In this document: in pieces, positions 61,501 to 64,000 of the stretch
How positions within the stretch are numbered: the stretch's first letter is position 1
Layout of the letters: each line of letters begins with the position of its first letter
IMG/VR virus record: IMGVR_UViG_3300025012_000042
Coordinates: 32,001 to 96,000 of that record
From: a virus
Length of the DNA: 64,000 nucleotides
Strand: one strand, 5' to 3'
Notes under the pieces: model-generated
Databases searched by the model: none
What the model saw: only the letters and a program-made list of their open reading frames with translations
Told to the model about the DNA's origin: nothing
Made by a program: the position numbers and the translations under genes

Positions 61501-63998
61501 ACTCTATATCTATAATTAGCTAAAGTTGTGGTAGATGCAGAAATATTATATTCTGTGTAATTGTTTGTATTTATATTAAATATTGTTGGATAAGTAGAAC
61601 CACTATCTGTAGATTTTTCTAGTATATAGCCTACCACATCATTACTAGAACTTTTATCCCAAGTAATATCTATACGCCCTAACCTTGCAATAGCAGAAAT
61701 ACTTATTGGAGCAGAAGGAATATTAGTATTGTTGGCAGTACATGATTTCCATTCTAATTCTGGTAACTCGGATTCATTTCCGACTTTATTATAAGCAGAA
61801 ACATAATACCAATAAGATACTTGATGCTGTACAGTTTTGTCTATAAATGATAATATATCTTGAGTTGCGGTTCCTACAATAAACTTATCTGTACCTGTTG
61901 CAGAAGTTGCTCTCCAAATGTAATAACCTGCAATTCCTGAACCATTATCAGTAAAGCCACTCCAACTTATAGTTATTGTCCCATCTGCATTTGCTACTGG
62001 AATTCCTACTGTACCAACCGTAGGGATTGTAGTATTCATTACATTTAATAAGTTTTTCTTTGCTGTATAATAATTTGAAAAATTAGTTCTAAAAGTTTCT
62101 CCATTAATATCGGAAGTAGCAGTTAAACTAAACAATAAAGCAGTAGTATTAGGAGAAATTATAGATGTATTGAGATAAGCATCTAAATCATTATATTTTT
62201 CATCATATATCGTATAAACGTCTTCCATAAGAATTCCATAAGTATTAGCTTGATTATCTAATATTGATTTTTCTGCTACAATTGCATCCCACTGTAATTT
62301 AACTGATTGTTTTTCTGAAGCTGATAATTTAGAATCACTAGAAATATCTTCTAGTGATTGACCAACACTTGTATTTGTCCAATCGGTCAGTAAATAAGTC
62401 TCTCCACTTATTTTTGAGGTAGTACATTTTTTTAAAACACCACCCGTATCCCATAAATCCCCTTCATCATAAGGTGGGGTAGGATAATCAGGATCTTGTT
62501 GATAAAATACCCTACGTTTGTGATCTGTCGCTATATCATATGCTTCATTTGCTTTTTGCAATGCTTCTGTAATTGCACTATCAGTAATTAAACTCCAAGA
62601 ATATAAATTTACATTATAAATAAACCTATATCCATATCCTGTTAAATTATTATAGAATACATCACCTAAATGATTATCTCTTTGAGCAGTTGTATTCCAA
62701 TCGCTTGAAGGAACATTATATATAATTACTTGATTAGCAGTTAATTCTACACCGATTGCTTCTGTTAGTGTAATAGTTTTGTTTACACTATCTACACCAT
62801 CAGTAGCAATTATTTTTGTTACTATTAATATATCTGTAGTTTCGGTTTTACCATAAAAACTAATAGACATTCCATCTGATAAACCAAGTACATTATCTAG
62901 ATGAATTATTGTGTCTGAAGTTAATGTGGTTGTTGTAACTGTTGCATAAATTGGAGTATAGTCATAAAACCAAGTTGAAACGCTGCCATCTATTAAACCA
63001 AGAAGATAATCGTAATCTGTATTACGTGTAGCAATTGTAGAAAAGGTATTGTCTGCGTATATTTTTGCTGAGTCAATGGCATTTTGTTCTGCTGAATTCC
63101 AGTTGGAAGTTGAAGTTTGGTTAATTTGGGATTCTGGAAGACCTTCAACAATTTCCAACGAACCTCCTTTAATTCTAATTCCTCTTTTTTCAGTTTCTCC
63201 ATCCATATATTTTCCAATTTCAACGACTGGATTTTCAGTACCATCATATACATCAATACCATCGAAAAGCCCCGAATTGGCGATCACAGTTTTACCCCAC
63301 AAAACACTAGCATTAACACCGTCTGGAGTAATTCCAGTGCTGGCAGTTTGCCAACCATCTTTAGTTAGGGCAATAATGTTATTTATAATTCTTAATTGTT
63401 CTGGAGAAACTATACCATTATCGTCTATTTCTTTTAACCAGATTCCTCTTTTATCAATTATTTGAGATTGATTTTTTGAAGCTAGTATCTTTTTTAATGT
63501 GGCATCAATATTTTCATTTCTAAGTTCAGTTATTACACTTGGGTTTACTTTATTATCCCAATCTACTTTATTCATACTTAAAGTCGTTGAAGAAGTTATG
63601 GCATTACTAATTAAATCTTTGAAATAAATATTAGGATCATCAATAGAATCTTTATTACTAAAAGATAGCACTAGAGAATTATCTTTTGGTTTATACGTAT
63701 ACCCTATTAATCTGACCCAAATATCAATTTCAAATTTAGAAAATTCTACGTTTACGATATCTCCTAATACAAGCTTACTCCAATCATGTTGACATTCTAC
63801 AATCTGTAAAAAATCAATTATTTCAATGTCAAATATTAATGGAGGGGTACATAATTTCAATAATTTTTTCTTACCTTCTTCTAATAATTCACTCGAATCT
63901 GTATAATTAGAATCATGCCATGTAGTCTCCTTAATAAAATTATCAAATTCTTCAACTAAAGCTTCTGTATTAATATAATTAGAAATATCAATACTATT
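58599..63998 (-). CDS. Large tail spike/host-specificity protein with FN3 repeats (5' end beyond window)
   Basis: Frame open to window edge; LVLGDIV..RLIGY; ALTKDGW..TGITPDG; four FN3 repeats; CBM-like domain. Confidence 0.85.
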   Translation of the reverse strand, partial: NSIDISNYINTEALVEEFDNFIKETTWHDSNYTDSSELLEEGKKKLLKLCTPPLIFDIEIIDFLQIVECQHDWSKLVLGDIVNVEFSKFEIDIWVRLIGYTYKPKDNSLVLSFSNKDSIDDPNIYFKDLISNAITSSTTLSMNKVDWDNKVNPSVITELRNENIDATLKKILASKNQSQIIDKRGIWLKEIDDNGIVSPEQLRIINNIIALTKDGWQTASTGITPDGVNASVLWGKTVIANSGLFDGIDVYDGTENPVVEIGKYMDGETEKRGIRIKGGSLEIVEGLPESQINQTSTSNWNSAEQNAIDSAKIYADNTFSTIATRNTDYDYLLGLIDGSVSTWFYDYTPIYATVTTTTLTSDTIIHLDNVLGLSDGMSISFYGKTETTDILIVTKIIATDGVDSVNKTITLTEAIGVELTANQVIIYNVPSSDWNTTAQRDNHLGDVFYNNLTGYGYRFIYNVNLYSWSLITDSAITEALQKANEAYDIATDHKRRVFYQQDPDYPTPPYDEGDLWDTGGVLKKCTTSKISGETYLLTDWTNTSVGQSLEDISSDSKLSASEKQSVKLQWDAIVAEKSILDNQANTYGILMEDVYTIYDEKYNDLDAYLNTSIISPNTTALLFSLTATSDINGETFRTNFSNYYTAKKNLLNVMNTTIPTVGTVGIPVANADGTITISWSGFTDNGSGIAGYYIWRATSATGTDKFIVGTATQDILSFIDKTVQHQVSYWYYVSAYNKVGNESELPELEWKSCTANNTNIPSAPISISAIARLGRIDITWDKSSSNDVVGYILEKSTDSGSTYPTIFNINTNNYTEYNISASTTTLANYRYRVKAVDIIGLSSLYTISSAPNTNIYKPADAFVPNTPTNLTLTPDYDGRITISWTASTSTDVEKYRIYRSLNNINYYVIAETTSRQYTDPYLKPAQIYYYKVSAIDYSGMESSLTSAQNSIAVDNTAPTPPNPTTTSQFGAIKVTWTEISEQGLIYEIWRCSGSTWSDGSATKIASVAGSGASQGYFIDYDPPVDIPTTYTYKLKVRDKWNNVSTSFSLNSSSATSSILNDTVGLLSTNPNFSNWLASSNYPVGFSAWSSYSGPTRETTLKINGSYACRWNIGTAQAGMAMDSSAYVSNIANHKYLVIEIDFMLVSGALTGAGILINWIGMSTPYHATIKLSDYVLSPTLGKWYTVRTLVTRPHDNLSGWTGMTGYVMANSYSIDTTATKDIIFDRVSIRIATNEEISTNEFVNVIYPTDKTTLEGLIDGKADTFYQTIMPHPEYVNVPDNSDYNKFVTDLWYDSTPTIKKTYIYTKTVNGSNFDYKWSQQEIPKDIFDTIDGKKTIYTLKPTSYQKDDLWILESDIVHSLYSQGEILTSNSNNTSYLESNWVLKVRYTDDTVANQAWNKFSGLNNTLPSGNVEFNFATSDSQGGNAINTDNVGTQTAETVQTATINFDGRNDRKSTTPANPIIANDGTSIDHTINTDGSANISFEWDFTGTGDAYDIDGFIVYVYQSDVNFSYTFGTTVASEQVFYVTPEKRAFILHGIPSNKYYTFGIKAYRIVDQDINVSGFLSSSIIKSVYEGENPYQPSSTVAFGGDVTGTIDGVSASTVKDQAGNSLQPDTSYNSTYITQNGIQVKNGTSTEVVNMGEFATGLYGIRASHSDSAGGGHTQLTANGLERLVDGETIPYQYETHIISGSTIGLGVAWVDLDWTDAEEAAAKLVWENGLYIDLPVRFRNKAFKCFLSTTAMQLPLGVDAAYSYTTLTIVSTDVSLAKVQVRGYCTAYESFEGYYYQGIEFLLITVL

Positions 63999-64000
63999 TC

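Noticed and set aside
1-64000. tRNA genes
   Set aside because: TTCGAA loops found lack cloverleaf context; no tRNA recognised by eye

Overview
AT-rich segment of a large tailed phage of a spore-forming Clostridia-like host that also has plasmid maintenance genes. Left arm, + strand (1-22.9 kb): primase, Cas4-like nuclease, HNH, DnaE, class II RNR, MazG-like NTPase, frameshifted dCMP deaminase, solo TnpB with omegaRNA, RlmN/Cfr-like radical SAM enzyme, ThyX, dNMP kinase and many small genes. Middle (22.9-36.6 kb): HTH Rep with two apparent countertranscripts, a DnaA-box/Spo0A-box origin, ParM/ParR, a compact conjugation-like cluster (M23 peptidase, pilin, VirB6-, PrgI-, VirB4- and T4CP-like proteins, Replic_Relax protein) and a DGQHR/DndB-like gene. 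Right arm, - strand (36.6-64 kb): tail/baseplate genes, a cohesin-dockerin moron, lysis cassette, an AEP replication module, a Mom-like modifier and several free-standing endonucleases. Top leads: (1) an apparently conjugative phage-plasmid; (2) a covarying structured RNA leader (three-way junction, T-loop-like UUCGAA, loop-to-RBS pseudoknot) upstream of two divergent endonuclease genes, with architectural analogues upstream of a third endonuclease and a lysis gene; (3) a domesticated TnpB. All calls come from reading motifs by eye; no database searches were run.
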